Origin: Candidatus Latescibacterota bacterium
GTDB taxonomy: Bacteria > Latescibacterota > UBA2968 > UBA8231
Length of the DNA: 64,000 nt
Direction: 5' to 3'
Assembly (NCBI GenBank): GCA_965219385.1
Contig: CBDCNM010000002.1
Location: forward strand, 96,639 to 160,638
A program made the position numbers and the translations under genes. Positions within the stretch are counted from its first letter, which is position 1; every line of letters begins with the position of its first letter. Of this stretch, positions 21,154 to 32,403 are shown piece by piece. The notes beneath the pieces were generated by a model, which ran no database searches, had not been told where the DNA came from, and saw only the letters and a list, made by a program, of their open reading frames with translations.

Positions 21154-21927
21154 ATGCGACTCCAGGGTAAGGTCGCCCTGATCACCGGTGCGGGCAGCGG
21201 CATCGGGCGCCAGACCGCCCTGCTCTTTGCCCGCGAAGGGGCCCGGGTCGTGGTCGTGGACATTGACGAAGAAGCTGGTCGGGAAAGCGTGGATCTGATC
21301 GCAGCGCAGCAAGGCGAGGCGGTCTACGTAGGCGCTGACGTCTCCAGCGGAGCGGATTGCGAGCACATGGTGCAGCGCGGCGAAGAACTCTACGGTCGGC
21401 TGGACGTGCTGTTCAACAACGCCGGCATTTCCCATATCGACGATGGGGACGCCATAGCCACCGAAGAAGAGGTATGGGACCTGACCATGGCGGTCAACCT
21501 CAAAGGGGTCTTTCTGGGGTGCAAGTACGGGATTCCGGCGTTGCGCCGGGCAGGCGGGGGTGCCATCATAAACACCGCTTCCTTCGTGGCGCTGCTGGGT
21601 GCGGCCACGCCCCAAATCGCCTATACCGCCAGCAAGGGCGGGGTACTGGCCATGACGCGCGAGCTGGCCGTGGTCCACGCCCGCGAGCACATCCGCGTCA
21701 ATGCCCTGTGTCCGGGCCCGTTGCGCACCGAGTTGCTGATGAAGTACCTGGACACCGAGGAAAAGCGCCAGCGCCGGCTGGTCCACATCCCCATGGGGCG
21801 TTTCGGCGAAGCCGAGGAGATCGCCCGCACCGTGCTCTTCCTGGCCGCGGACGAGTCTTCCTATATTACGGGAACGGCATTCACGGTGGACGGCGGGATT
21901 GCGGCCGCGTACGTGACGCCCGAGTAG
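21154..21927 (+). CDS. Short-chain dehydrogenase/reductase
   Basis: TGAGSGIG, NNAG, YTASK motifs. The start could be 21133. Confidence 0.92.
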   Translation: MRLQGKVALITGAGSGIGRQTALLFAREGARVVVVDIDEEAGRESVDLIAAQQGEAVYVGADVSSGADCEHMVQRGEELYGRLDVLFNNAGISHIDDGDAIATEEEVWDLTMAVNLKGVFLGCKYGIPALRRAGGGAIINTASFVALLGAATPQIAYTASKGGVLAMTRELAVVHAREHIRVNALCPGPLRTELLMKYLDTEEKRQRRLVHIPMGRFGEAEEIARTVLFLAADESSYITGTAFTVDGGIAAAYVTPE

Positions 21928-22013
21928 GGCGCAAAAAGAGAAGCCGAAGAATCGAGGTGTTGTTCAAGGCTTATATGGAGGATTAAAGTTCATCTTCAGC
22001 AAGGAAGAATGTC

Positions 22014-23327
22014 ATGAAAGAGTTTTTCCCCAGAATCAAAAAGATTGGTTACGAAGGACCGGATTCAAAGAATCCGCTGGCCTTCAAGTACTACGACGAA
22101 AACGAGGTGGTCGGCAAGAAGACCCTCAAGCAGCACATGCGGTTCTCGGTGGTGTTCTGGCACACCTTCAAAGGCACGGGCTCGGATCCGTTCGGCGGTC
22201 CGGTGTACGACCGCCCCTGGGACGAGGCCCCCGATGAAATGCAACGGGCCGAGGATACCATGCGGGCCGCCTTTGAGTTTATCGCCAAGCTGGGCGCGCC
22301 CTACTACTGCTGGCACGACCGGGATATCGCGCCGGAAGCGGACAACCTGAAGGAGACCAACAAGCGGCTGGACCACACGGTAGCCCTGGCCAAAAAGCTA
22401 CAGAGGGACACCGGGGTGAAGCTTTTGTGGGGCACCTCGAATATGTTTTCGCATCCCCGTTTCACCCACGGGGCCGGCACCAACCCGGATGCCCACGTCT
22501 TTGCCTATGCCGCGGCGCAGAGCAAAAAAGCCATGGAATGCACCCTGGAGCTGAAGGGTTCCAACTACGTGTTCTGGGGGGGGCGTGAGGGGTATTCCAG
22601 TTTGCTGAACACCGATATGGGACACGAGCAGGACCAGATGGCCCGCCTGCTGGAAATGGCCGTGGACTACAAAAAGAAGATCGGTTTCAAAGGTACCCTG
22701 CTGGTCGAGCCCAAACCCAAGGAGCCCGCCAAGCACCAGTACGACTACGATGCGGCCACGGTGCTGAGCTTTCTGCGCAAGTACGGTTTGCTGGATGAAT
22801 TCAAGTTGAATATCGAGGCCAATCACGCCACCCTGGCCGGCCATTCTTTCGAGCACGACCTGACCGTAGCCGCCAGCGCGGGCAAGCTGGGCAGCATCGA
22901 CGCCAACCGGGGGGATTATCTGCTGGGCTGGGATACCGATCAGTTCCCCACGGATCTCTACAGCACGACCTTTGCCATGATGGTGATTCTCGGGCAGGGC
23001 GGCCTGGGCAAGGGCGGGATCAACTTCGATGCCAAGGTGCGACGGGGCTCCTTCGATCCAGTGGATCTATTCCACGCCCACATCGGCGGCATGGACACCT
23101 TTGCACGGGGACTGAAGATTGCCCACCAGATCAAACAGGACGGGGTGCTGGCGGACTTTATCGCCGCGCGCTATCAATCCTATAAAAAGGGCATTGGCCG
23201 CCGCATCATGGCCGGCAAGACCAGCTTCGAAGAGCTGGAGGCCTATATCTTGCAGCACGGGGAACCCGAAAAGCGTAGCGGTCGGGAAGAGATGCTGGAG
23301 AATATCGTCAACGGGTATATAAGGTGA
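22014..23327 (+). CDS. xylA: Xylose isomerase (class II)
   Basis: FWHTF, WHDRD, FWGGREGY, EPKPKEP, NIEANHATLAGH, GWDTDQFP. Confidence 0.97.
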   Translation: MKEFFPRIKKIGYEGPDSKNPLAFKYYDENEVVGKKTLKQHMRFSVVFWHTFKGTGSDPFGGPVYDRPWDEAPDEMQRAEDTMRAAFEFIAKLGAPYYCWHDRDIAPEADNLKETNKRLDHTVALAKKLQRDTGVKLLWGTSNMFSHPRFTHGAGTNPDAHVFAYAAAQSKKAMECTLELKGSNYVFWGGREGYSSLLNTDMGHEQDQMARLLEMAVDYKKKIGFKGTLLVEPKPKEPAKHQYDYDAATVLSFLRKYGLLDEFKLNIEANHATLAGHSFEHDLTVAASAGKLGSIDANRGDYLLGWDTDQFPTDLYSTTFAMMVILGQGGLGKGGINFDAKVRRGSFDPVDLFHAHIGGMDTFARGLKIAHQIKQDGVLADFIAARYQSYKKGIGRRIMAGKTSFEELEAYILQHGEPEKRSGREEMLENIVNGYIR

Positions 23328-23396
23328 GCGGGAATACGGACTGATCGTCCAGCAGCCTGGCCGCCGGAAGTTTCGAGACAGCTTATAAAGAAAAAA

Positions 23397-24600
23397 TCAC
23401 GCAACCGGTCGCCATTTTATCAGGGCGCCGCCGTAGGCGTAGTGTCCGTAGGCAGTCAGGATCGAGCCGTCGCCGAGCAAGACGGAGGACAGGTGGCCAC
23501 TGGCACATCCGTACCACATATCGCCTGTTTCCCAGGTTACGGCCCCGAGGTTCTGGTGGTGCAGATGCGGCCAGTTGTCGAGGATGTAGATCCTGTCCAC
23601 GTTCCAGCTCAGGCCGTGGTCGTGGCTGACCAGCGCGTCGCAGCCCAGCCGATAGCTGGCCAGCTTGCCACCCCGGATATCGAGCCGGCGGACGACCATC
23701 ATGACCAGATCGTCGTTGGGCAGGCGCAGCAGGTTGGCGTGGTGCCGGCCTGCTTCGAGCACGTGGGAAATGGGTGACCAGGTCGCGCCGTCATCCTTTG
23801 AGATGGAGACGCCGGTTCCCGTGAAGCTGTCGTAGTGATAGTCGATGTACCTGGCGGGAACGTCCATGCGCTTGGCGGCGACGATCCAGCCGTTGGCCGC
23901 GCGCACCATGGCACCGTCACTGCAGCTGCGCTCCCAGGTCTGCCCCTCGAAGGTGTCCGTCCATTTCCACGCCTCGGGATGGGATAGGTGTAGTCCTCGC
24001 AGGTGCGCCCACCGTCCCGCGACCAGCAGACAAAGGCGCAACTCGGCCAGGTGCCCCAGGGCTTGTCGTCGACGTCGTCCGGACGGTGGGCACTGGTCCA
24101 GCCGATCAACACGGCCCGGCCTTCAGCGTCGCGGTCCACCAAGGCGTTGCCCTCGCTGCTCCAGGGCTTGCCGTTCGGGGCTTTGGGTAGCGGCACCTGT
24201 TCCGGCCAGGTGCGACCGTAGTCGTGACTGAAGTAGAGGGCTGGCCCTTCCTGCGCCGTGGGACCGTCGCCGTGGCGGCTGAGGGAACCGCCGCCCAGAT
24301 AGGTCAAGCGGACGGCAGGCCCGTAGCCGACGACCTCAAACGCGCTCCAGGTGGCCCCGCCGTCGTCACTTATGGCCGCCACATCTCGCCGTATGGCGAG
24401 GGGCCCTTCCCGGTTCGGGCCGCCCCCATCAACAAGATCTCGCCGTTGTCCATGGCGGCCAGCCCGAAGGGCAGGACCTTCAATTCCCCGAAGCGGGGCA
24501 CGAACTGGTACTCGGCGGGATGGGCGACGAGTCCTCCCCGGCCGTCGCCCTGGAGGACATGATGTTCCTTCCAGGAAAAGCGTTCTGTTTCCTGTAGCAT
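23397..24600 (-). pseudogene. BNR/Asp-box (sialidase-like) protein with two frameshifts
   Basis: Asp-boxes SDDGGATW, SHDYGRTW, SKDDGATW and SHDHGLSW are spread across frames. Start MLQETERF at 24600; shifts near 24380 and 23985. Confidence 0.75.
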
Positions 24601-24625
24601 TGGGGGTTCTCCCAAAGCCCAGCAC

Positions 24626-25450
24626 TTAGCCCTGCAGCTGACGGCGCAGGCCCGCCGGCAGACCAGGCTGATCCCCGTCGTGGTCCGTGTCCGAAAAGCA
24701 GGGCCACCCCTGGCCGCCCAGGTGCTGCCAGTCTTCGCCGCACAGCCAGGCCAGCAGCTGAGCGGCACGCACGGTGAACGGAGGAAACTCGTTGTTGGGC
24801 CAGGAGAAGTTGTGATCCGGGTCGGCGATCCATTCCCGGCACGGCTCGACGGTGCGCCAGTAGTTGTACTTGAGGTTGTTGCGGATCCCCGTATCTGTGC
24901 TGGCGCTGCGGCGGTGCCAGATCGAATAGACCGTCAGGAATATCGTGCCCGGCGGCGAGATGGTCAGGACGGACTGCCTTACGCTGCGGAGGCGGCTCAG
25001 GAGCCCTCCGTAGCCTTTGAAGAGGTGGCTCCCCGGCAGGATCTCGGTGGGCCCCATCGCTCGGGTCACCGCTTCGGGGTAGTAGAACACCTGGAGGTAG
25101 TCGAGCCGCGGAGTGATGATCGAGCCGCCATCCTGGTGCCAGTTCAGGGCGGGCGCGGGGCATTCGACCCGGTGATTGGCCATCAGGGTCGGGAGGGTGA
25201 AATCCTTCCCGAGAAGCGAGCGCAGGGCGCCGGCGCCCTGGGGATTCTTGATGACGCCGTCCACGAACCAGTCCTCCTGCAGGATTTCAATAGGCTCGGG
25301 TCCGTCGTGCTGGTTGAGGAACTCCACCGTGCGGTGGTTGACCTCATCCGGGACCACGCCTTCGAGCATCAGGTAGCCGTTCCTGCAAAAGTCCATCACC
25401 TGTCCGTCGTCGAGGGTGGCTTTGCAGTCGTACAGGGTCGGGGTGCTCAT
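24626..25450 (-). CDS. Phytanoyl-CoA dioxygenase (PhyH) family protein
   Basis: FCRNGYL, WHQD, GPTEILPGSH, distal His. Start reassigned to ATG 25450. Confidence 0.85.
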   Translation of the reverse strand: MSTPTLYDCKATLDDGQVMDFCRNGYLMLEGVVPDEVNHRTVEFLNQHDGPEPIEILQEDWFVDGVIKNPQGAGALRSLLGKDFTLPTLMANHRVECPAPALNWHQDGGSIITPRLDYLQVFYYPEAVTRAMGPTEILPGSHLFKGYGGLLSRLRSVRQSVLTISPPGTIFLTVYSIWHRRSASTDTGIRNNLKYNYWRTVEPCREWIADPDHNFSWPNNEFPPFTVRAAQLLAWLCGEDWQHLGGQGWPCFSDTDHDGDQPGLPAGLRRQLQG

Positions 25451-25803
25451 TTCTCGAGAATAAACTCCCATTTCATGCCTCCGTACTCCGGGTCGAGGTA
25501 GGCCAGGGTCAATTCCGGGAATTTGACGATGCGCCATCCGTCGCTCATGGCCTCCAGGACCGTCTGGTAGGGCCAGTCGTCCGGGTCGTCTGGTCCGTCG
25601 TAGACCTTGCCGTCGACGACGATGGACATCCCCAGTACGGGCGATTCGAGATCCGTGGTGTTGGTCTGGAGGAACAGGAGCCGCTGGACTGACGATGCTC
25701 TGTCCTGCTTTAAGCGCTCCAGGGCTTGCTCGAGATCCGCTTCGGTGAGCGAGCCCTGTCTGAGCTGCTCGAGCCACTGCGCAACCTGGGCGGCGTCAAC
25801 CAT
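25447..25803 (-). CDS. Hypothetical protein coupled to the PhyH gene
   Basis: 118 aa with RBS AAAGGA; its stop overlaps the PhyH ATG (ATGA). Confidence 0.75.
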   Translation of the reverse strand: MVDAAQVAQWLEQLRQGSLTEADLEQALERLKQDRASSVQRLLFLQTNTTDLESPVLGMSIVVDGKVYDGPDDPDDWPYQTVLEAMSDGWRIVKFPELTLAYLDPEYGGMKWEFILEK

Positions 25804-25828
25804 TTTGGGTCCTTTGCAGGGGGAATAT

Positions 25829-25892
25829 CAGTAGTTCACGGAATCGGCGGGAGGCCGTGCGGGGCTTGTGCCTCTGGCGTTTTATGAGGCCC
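25829..25892. repeat. Partial MITE copy (one end only)
   Basis: CAGTAGTTCACGGAATCGGCGG...GTGCCTCTGGCGTTTTATGAGGCCC matches the 18810 end. Preceded by AATAT (ANNNT). Confidence 0.8.
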
Positions 25893-25978
25893 GTTATGGC
25901 GTAATTCAGTCAAGAATAGGCATTTCAAAGGCCCCTGTCAACCACGCCGGAGCCGGCCACCGGGACGTCGGCCCCCTG

Positions 25979-26722
25979 TCAGTCTGCGGGGAAGTGGCCT
26001 TTGTACTCCAGCCCCAGAATCTCCCGGGAGCGGGCCGCGTTGCAGTACTGGTCCGCATCCGGGTGACTGGCCGTGTGCATGATGTCGAAAGCGATGGTAT
26101 CGTTCTCCAGCGCCAGGTGACAGGCCTGGGCCAGATCGTGCCGGCAAACCCAGCTGATGCCGCCGCGGGCGGGGGTGCCGTCCCGGGTGATGCCGAGCCT
26201 GCTGTCGCCGATGCTGCAGGGCCGCAAAACGATGATGCGCACTCCGTGGGCGTCGTGGTACTGGCGGCAAACTTCCTCCTGCAGGCGCTTGGTGATTCCG
26301 TACAGGTCTCCTTCCTTGCTGCGGACCTCCGACGACAGGAAAATACCGTCCGGATGTTGCACCACGCAGGAGCTCATTTGCACTACCCGCCTGAGGTTGC
26401 GCCGCCGGGCCGACTCGAGAATATTCCACATCCCCTTTACGTTGATGAGGAAAGGGTTCAGGTTGTTCTCGACCGGGTCCTGATAACCGAAGTAGGCGGT
26501 GAGATTGACGACGCCGTCCATGCCCTCCAGGGCGCGGTCAACGGCGTGGAAGTCGGCCACGTCGCCGTAGAGCTTTTCCCCCTCCCAGTCCCCGTCGAAG
26601 CGCCGGTAGGCCTTCCAGGCTGCCGGGTTGTAGTCGAAGGCGCGCACCTGGTGACGCCCTTCGAAGTTTTCCAGTACTGCCCGGCCGACCCACCCGGCGG
26701 CGCCGATGACTGCTACTTTCAT
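25979..26722 (-). CDS. NAD-dependent epimerase/dehydratase (extended SDR)
   Basis: GAAGWVG, YGITK motifs. Confidence 0.88.
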   Translation of the reverse strand: MKVAVIGAAGWVGRAVLENFEGRHQVRAFDYNPAAWKAYRRFDGDWEGEKLYGDVADFHAVDRALEGMDGVVNLTAYFGYQDPVENNLNPFLINVKGMWNILESARRRNLRRVVQMSSCVVQHPDGIFLSSEVRSKEGDLYGITKRLQEEVCRQYHDAHGVRIIVLRPCSIGDSRLGITRDGTPARGGISWVCRHDLAQACHLALENDTIAFDIMHTASHPDADQYCNAARSREILGLEYKGHFPAD

Positions 26723-26885
26723 GAGCGGTTCTCCGCGTTAGACATTGTCGTTACCAATATAGCGAGTTGAGCCCGTCGTCGACAAATCGCCGCTCCCAGA
26801 AGATGTGCAGACAAGCATGCACTTCCTGGGCGACCAGCCTGTCCAACGCGCGGAAGCGCTATTTCGGCGTCCCAACCAGGTGGTA

Positions 26886-26915
26886 TTGACAATACCCAAT
26901 CGCCTGAGATAACTT
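26886..26915 (+). promoter_or_regulatory. Putative sigma70 promoter for glnB-glnE
   Basis: TTGACA-N18-TAACTT about 165 nt upstream of glnB. Confidence 0.5.
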
Positions 26916-26986
26916 ACGGAATCGGCTCATGAGCATCTCCTTTTATAGGGGTTGCGGGAACAACGCCATAGAGGGGTAAGCCCTGA

Positions 26987-27418
<432 letters not shown>

Positions 27419-27430
27419 AATGGAGGTTGT

Positions 27431-30400
27431 ATGGCGCCGCCCAGCGCCGCCCACGTGAAGCGGTTGGCGCACCAGGTCCTGACCTGCAAGGAAAAAAAAG
27501 CCGCGCCCCTGCTGCGCCGGCTCGGCTTCAAAGAGCCGCGGCAAGCCCTGCAGGTCCTCGATCGCCTGGCCGGTCCCGCCGCCCCGGGCATCGAACCGCT
27601 GCCGGCCCAGGTTCTGGCGGCGGTGGCCCGTACCGGGATGCCCGACCGGGCCCTGCGGCACCTGGAGCGCCTGGTCAACACCGCCGGGACCCCCACTTTC
27701 CTGTACGCCCGTTTTAAAGAATCTCCCCGGCTCACCGAGTACCTGGCCCGGCTGCTGAGCCACAGCACCTTCCTCGCCGACATCCTCGTGCGCAACCCGG
27801 AATACCTTTTCTGGCTCTTCGAAGACACCCCTTTTCTGTCCCGGCCGCTCGCCAAACAGACCTTGCTGGAGCTGCTGCGTCGCGCTGTGGATCGCTTTAC
27901 AGAACCGGGGAAGCGCGTTGATGCCCTGCGCCGGATCCAGCGCCGCGAACTGCTGCGCATCGGCGCCGCAGAGGTGCTCCAGCTCAAGGAGGTGGAGCAC
28001 CTCTGCGGCGAATTGTCCGACCTGGCCGACGCGGTCCTGGAGATCGTTCTGGAGGAGGTCACCCGGGAAATGGTGCGCCGCTACGGCCGCCCCAGGAACG
28101 AACGCGGCCAGCCCGCCCATTTCTGCCTGGTATGTCTGGGCAAACACGGCGGTCGGGAACTCAACTACAGCTCGGATATCGATTTGCTGTTCGTCTACGA
28201 CGAGGAGGGGCAGACCCGGCCGCGCCGCCCGAGCGCCGCCATCGACAACAGCGAGTTCTTCCGCCGTCTGGGCGAGCGCCTCGTCCAGGTCCTGACCGAG
28301 GTTACCCCCGAGGGTTTCCTCTACCGGGTGGACATGCGGCTGCGGCCCGAGGGTGAGGCCGGTCCTCTCTCCCGTTCGCTGCGCCGCTACTGGATCTACT
28401 ACGAGACCCGCGGAGAGCTGTGGGAAAAGCAGATGCTGATCAAGGCGCGGCGCGCTGCAGGCTCGCAAAGATTGTGGAAGCGATTTACCGAAATGCTGAT
28501 CCCCTTCATGTACCCGGCCCACTTCACGGTGCGTCCCCAGGAGGAGATCCGCCGCATCAAAGAACGCATCGAAGCCCAGATCCTGGAAGATCCCACCCGC
28601 GACAACAACATCAAGCTGCAGGCTGGAGGGATCCGCGACATCGAGTTCATCGTGCAGTGCCTGCAGTTGCTCAGCGGCCGCATCAACCCCCGCATCCGCC
28701 ACCACAATACCCTGGAGGCCATCTCCCAACTCGAGCAAGCCGCGGCTCTGTCCTCCGGCGAAGCCGAAGACCTGCGCCGGGCCTATGTATTTTTCCGCCG
28801 CCTCGAAAACCTGTTGCAAATCCAGGAGGGCCGTTCGGTCTACGCCGTGCCCGAAGAGCGCGCCGAGCGCGCTGCCCTGGCCGGACTCCTGGAGCTGAAA
28901 GACACCAGGGCACTCGGGACCGCCCTCAGAGGGCACCGCAAACGGGTGCGCTCGGTCTACGACAACCTGTTTTACGGCGCGCGAGAACAGCCGGATGATC
29001 TGAAGTGGCTGCTGGAGGCCGGAGCGGACAGTCCGCGCGCCCGGGAGGCCCTGGCCCCATACCCTTTCGACGACCCGACGGCTTTCCACCGCAACCTGCT
29101 CCAGCTGGCCAGTGCCGACATGCTGACCAGCACCGCTCGCGAGCACTTCGAGGAACTCCTGCCCATGCTGCTGGCCTCGCTGGCCGCCGCTCCGGATCCA
29201 GACCAAGGCATGGTGCACTTTGCCCGGATTGTCAACGCCTACGGCGCCCCGGGGACCTTCTACGAGTTGCTGCGCACCCATCCCAACTTTCGCGAGTTGC
29301 TGATCTCCATCTGCAGCACCAGTCGCTTTTTATCCGAGCTGATCCAGCGCGATCCGGGCCTGCTGGACGGACTTTTTACCCCGGATGCGGACGGTGGGGC
29401 TGCAGAACAGGCCGGCGGGCGGGGCGACCTGGGCGCCGCGCGCCGCTTCCGCAACCAGGCGCTGGTGCGCATCGGCACGGACGATCTGCTGGGCCTGATT
29501 ACTGCGGAAGAGACTTTTTTACGGCTGAGCGAACTGGCCGAAAAGCTCCTGCGGATGGTCTACAAAGAAGCCTGGCGCCGCCTGGTCCAGCGCCAGGGCA
29601 AACCGCGTGACAGACGCGGCAAAGAGGTCTTTTTTGCCTGTTTCGCCGGTGGCAAGTTCGGCGGCCGGGAACTGGTCTTCGGGTCCGATCTGGATCTGTT
29701 CTTCGTGTACGAGGACGAGGGCCGGACCGGCCGCACCCGCGCCGAAAACAGCGTTTTCTTCATCGAGCTGGCCCAGGAGATGATCCACCTGCTGCACGCA
29801 AACGACCTGTACGAAGTAGACGTGCGGCTGCGCCCCGAAGGCCGCAGCGCGCCCATGGCCCTCTCGCTGCCGGCCTACCGCCACTACCTGAACCACAGGG
29901 CGTCTACCTGGGAGCGCCTGGCCCTGACCCGGGCGCGCTTGGTGGCGGGCGATGCGGATCTGGGCAAACGGGTGCAACGAGCCATTCACCGATTCGTCTT
30001 CCGCAGTCCGGTGGATGCGGCCACGATCGCGGAAATGCTGGACGTGCGCCACCGCATGGAACCACGGCAGGAGCGGGGCCGCCCCCTCCAGGTGGACATC
30101 AAGCGCGGCCCGGGCGGCCTGGTGGACATTGAGTTCATCGCCCAGATCCTGGTGCTGAAGCTGGGAAAGAAAAGACCGAAGCTGCGGCTGACCGGGACCC
30201 GCCAGGTACTGCTACAGGTCCTGCAGCTACACCACCTGAACCGGCGGGAAGGTCGCTTTCTGCTGGACGCCTACGACCGACTCAGGGAGGTTGAAAAAGC
30301 CATGCGCAGAGCCAGCAACCAGGCGTCGCAGGTCTTGCCCGGAGAGCGGGAACTGGCACCCCTCGCCCGCTCCCTGGGCCAGCAGGAGCCAGAGGCCCTG

Positions 30401-30484
30401 CTTCGGGAAGTCGAGGATCTCATGCGGGAGACGCGCCGCATCTTCACGCGCTTATTCGCCGATTTCGCCCGGAGCGGAGAATAG
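27431..30484 (+). CDS. glnE: Bifunctional glutamine synthetase adenylyltransferase/adenylyl-removing enzyme
   Basis: Two nucleotidyltransferase domains (GKHGGRELNYSSDIDL...VDMRLRPEG; GKFGGRELVFGSDLDL...VDVRLRPEG). Confidence 0.93.
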   Translation: MAPPSAAHVKRLAHQVLTCKEKKAAPLLRRLGFKEPRQALQVLDRLAGPAAPGIEPLPAQVLAAVARTGMPDRALRHLERLVNTAGTPTFLYARFKESPRLTEYLARLLSHSTFLADILVRNPEYLFWLFEDTPFLSRPLAKQTLLELLRRAVDRFTEPGKRVDALRRIQRRELLRIGAAEVLQLKEVEHLCGELSDLADAVLEIVLEEVTREMVRRYGRPRNERGQPAHFCLVCLGKHGGRELNYSSDIDLLFVYDEEGQTRPRRPSAAIDNSEFFRRLGERLVQVLTEVTPEGFLYRVDMRLRPEGEAGPLSRSLRRYWIYYETRGELWEKQMLIKARRAAGSQRLWKRFTEMLIPFMYPAHFTVRPQEEIRRIKERIEAQILEDPTRDNNIKLQAGGIRDIEFIVQCLQLLSGRINPRIRHHNTLEAISQLEQAAALSSGEAEDLRRAYVFFRRLENLLQIQEGRSVYAVPEERAERAALAGLLELKDTRALGTALRGHRKRVRSVYDNLFYGAREQPDDLKWLLEAGADSPRAREALAPYPFDDPTAFHRNLLQLASADMLTSTAREHFEELLPMLLASLAAAPDPDQGMVHFARIVNAYGAPGTFYELLRTHPNFRELLISICSTSRFLSELIQRDPGLLDGLFTPDADGGAAEQAGGRGDLGAARRFRNQALVRIGTDDLLGLITAEETFLRLSELAEKLLRMVYKEAWRRLVQRQGKPRDRRGKEVFFACFAGGKFGGRELVFGSDLDLFFVYEDEGRTGRTRAENSVFFIELAQEMIHLLHANDLYEVDVRLRPEGRSAPMALSLPAYRHYLNHRASTWERLALTRARLVAGDADLGKRVQRAIHRFVFRSPVDAATIAEMLDVRHRMEPRQERGRPLQVDIKRGPGGLVDIEFIAQILVLKLGKKRPKLRLTGTRQVLLQVLQLHHLNRREGRFLLDAYDRLREVEKAMRRASNQASQVLPGERELAPLARSLGQQEPEALLREVEDLMRETRRIFTRLFADFARSGE

Positions 30485-30500
30485 TGAACCATACTGCGCT

Positions 30501-30691
30501 AAATACCCGTAGCTATTTGGACCTCAAGGCCGGAAGGGGATTTTGCCGGAGGCGTTTTATGGGGGAGTAGAGCGGGGAAAAGGGAGCTCTGGGACTCAGG
30601 CCTGCCTGGGGGGAGTGGCGAGGGGCAAGAGCGCCTTGGGCATCGTAAAACGCCAGAGGCACAATCTCCGACGGCCAACCGCCGATTCCGT
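30501..30691. repeat. MITE copy lacking intact termini
   Basis: AAATACCCGTAGCTATTTGGACCTCAAGGCCGG...AAAACGCCAGAGGCACAA...GCCGATTCCGT matches 40906-41107 and the reverse complement of 18810-19039. Confidence 0.82.
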
Positions 30692-30709
30692 TTGTCAGGG
30701 CATGAAACG

Positions 30710-31609
30710 CTATCCCACCCTCTCCGGAAAACGCAAAAACCGGTATGCCGTCCCACCCATGATATCCGCGTATTCCCCCTCCGACAGATCCGGCAGCAAT
30801 TCCTCGATTACCGTGGTATAAACCCCGTACCCCGGCTCCTGGTAAATCCACGGCGCATCGCTGGCCCACATCAGCCGCTTGGACCCGAAGGAATAGCGCA
30901 GAAACCGGTGGATTTGCGCCAGATCGGGATAGGGAAAGGCCTGATTGCTGCAGGCGTATTGTCCGGACAGGTGCAGCATCACATTCTCGTAGCGCGACAG
31001 CCGGTGGATGGTGTGCTGGGTGAAGTAGAAGTTGTGATTGTGGATGTGCGGACGTCCCTTTCCATCCCACGAGAATTTGCCCTCGCCCGGACACACCCCC
31101 ATGTGGTTGAAGACCACCCGCACCTGCGGGAAGGCGTTGATCAGATAGGCGGTCAAGTGGGCGTCCACGGCCTTCAGATAAAGCCACAGCACGTAGTCGC
31201 GCTTGGCCGCGCGCTTCCAGATTCGGTAGGAACCGAATTCGCGCACGTCCATCGGCGCAAAAGGATCGCGCGGTCCTCCCAGGGTCCGCAGGCGAAAACC
31301 GATGATGCCGCCGTCGCCTGCCAGGCGGTCCATGTGCTCCTCGGGCTCGGCGCATTCGGGCGGGATCAGGCCAATTCCCTGGAAGCGATCCGGGTAGGTT
31401 TTGAGGCAATGCCGCAGGTAAGCGTGGTACTCGATCCCGGTGCCGCCATACTGCACCAGCATGGCCTGGTCGATATGGTTTGCCTCCATATGGTCCAGCA
31501 GCTTCTCGGCCGTCTCCTCGCGTTCGGCCGGACACACCGGGGTGGGCTGGCGCGGAAACTCGGCCGAGGCGCGGGCGAAAACGTGCAAATGAGCGTCTAT
31601 TCGCGGCAT
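30710..31609 (-). CDS. Amidohydrolase (Amidohydro_2) family protein
   Basis: IDAHLHVF, NHMG, LMWASDAPW. Confidence 0.88.
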   Translation of the reverse strand: MPRIDAHLHVFARASAEFPRQPTPVCPAEREETAEKLLDHMEANHIDQAMLVQYGGTGIEYHAYLRHCLKTYPDRFQGIGLIPPECAEPEEHMDRLAGDGGIIGFRLRTLGGPRDPFAPMDVREFGSYRIWKRAAKRDYVLWLYLKAVDAHLTAYLINAFPQVRVVFNHMGVCPGEGKFSWDGKGRPHIHNHNFYFTQHTIHRLSRYENVMLHLSGQYACSNQAFPYPDLAQIHRFLRYSFGSKRLMWASDAPWIYQEPGYGVYTTVIEELLPDLSEGEYADIMGGTAYRFLRFPERVG

Positions 31610-31610
31610 C

Positions 31611-32330
31611 TCACACCTCCAGACCGAACAGCTTGCGGCGTTGGGGGGTGGTACACAGATGGGCTATACTGGAAAATCGGGAGTCCGGCTCCGGCTCTTG
31701 CAGTTTAATCTTATTGTACCCCATGATGATGGATTTCCTGGGGGTGAGGGTGCAATTGTCCATGGCGGTGTGCAGGCCGACGGCGTTGAAGATAATGGCG
31801 GTACCCGCCTGGCCGGGCAGGGCTTTGTGCCTGGGCATGGTATGGTTGCACTGGGGTCGGAAAAAGGTATCGTCGTTGGTCTTGTGGGAGCCGGGCACAA
31901 AGCCGAATTCGCCGCCTCGAGGCGGCACGTCGTTGAGGTAGATCTGCATCTTGGGATGGAGCGGGGCGCTGCGCTCCATGTCCGGATGCCAGCCGGTATA
32001 GGCCAGCGGCCAGGGCGGCACCGTGCGCGCGGCCAGTCCGCCGAAGAGCAGCTCTCCGTCGGTGATGTCCAGAAGCAAATCGCAATAACTGGGATGGTCC
32101 ACCAGGTCGACAAAGGCCTCGTCCTTTTCCAGTGGATCCGGGATATCGCACCACACCGGCGCGGCGTCGCCGCGCTCGACCTGGTCGAGCCAGTCCTCTT
32201 TGCACTCTTCGGTCCAATGGTCGAACACCTGCTGCAGGCGCTGCAACTCCTCGCCCCCAATGGCCTCCTCGACCACTACGACCCCCTGCTCTTCAAACTG
32301 TTTTTTAGCCGCCTGAGTCGCACCTGACAT
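31611..32330 (-). CDS. PhyH-family dioxygenase
   Basis: WHPD, FVPGSH, distal LHT. Confidence 0.85.
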   Translation of the reverse strand: MSGATQAAKKQFEEQGVVVVEEAIGGEELQRLQQVFDHWTEECKEDWLDQVERGDAAPVWCDIPDPLEKDEAFVDLVDHPSYCDLLLDITDGELLFGGLAARTVPPWPLAYTGWHPDMERSAPLHPKMQIYLNDVPPRGGEFGFVPGSHKTNDDTFFRPQCNHTMPRHKALPGQAGTAIIFNAVGLHTAMDNCTLTPRKSIIMGYNKIKLQEPEPDSRFSSIAHLCTTPQRRKLFGLEV

Positions 32331-32403
32331 CGCGATCCTCCTTCAAGTCTGCTGGTACGGGCCACGGTTTTGCAAAGATATGCCCAGCTCTGCGCCTGGC
32401 CTC

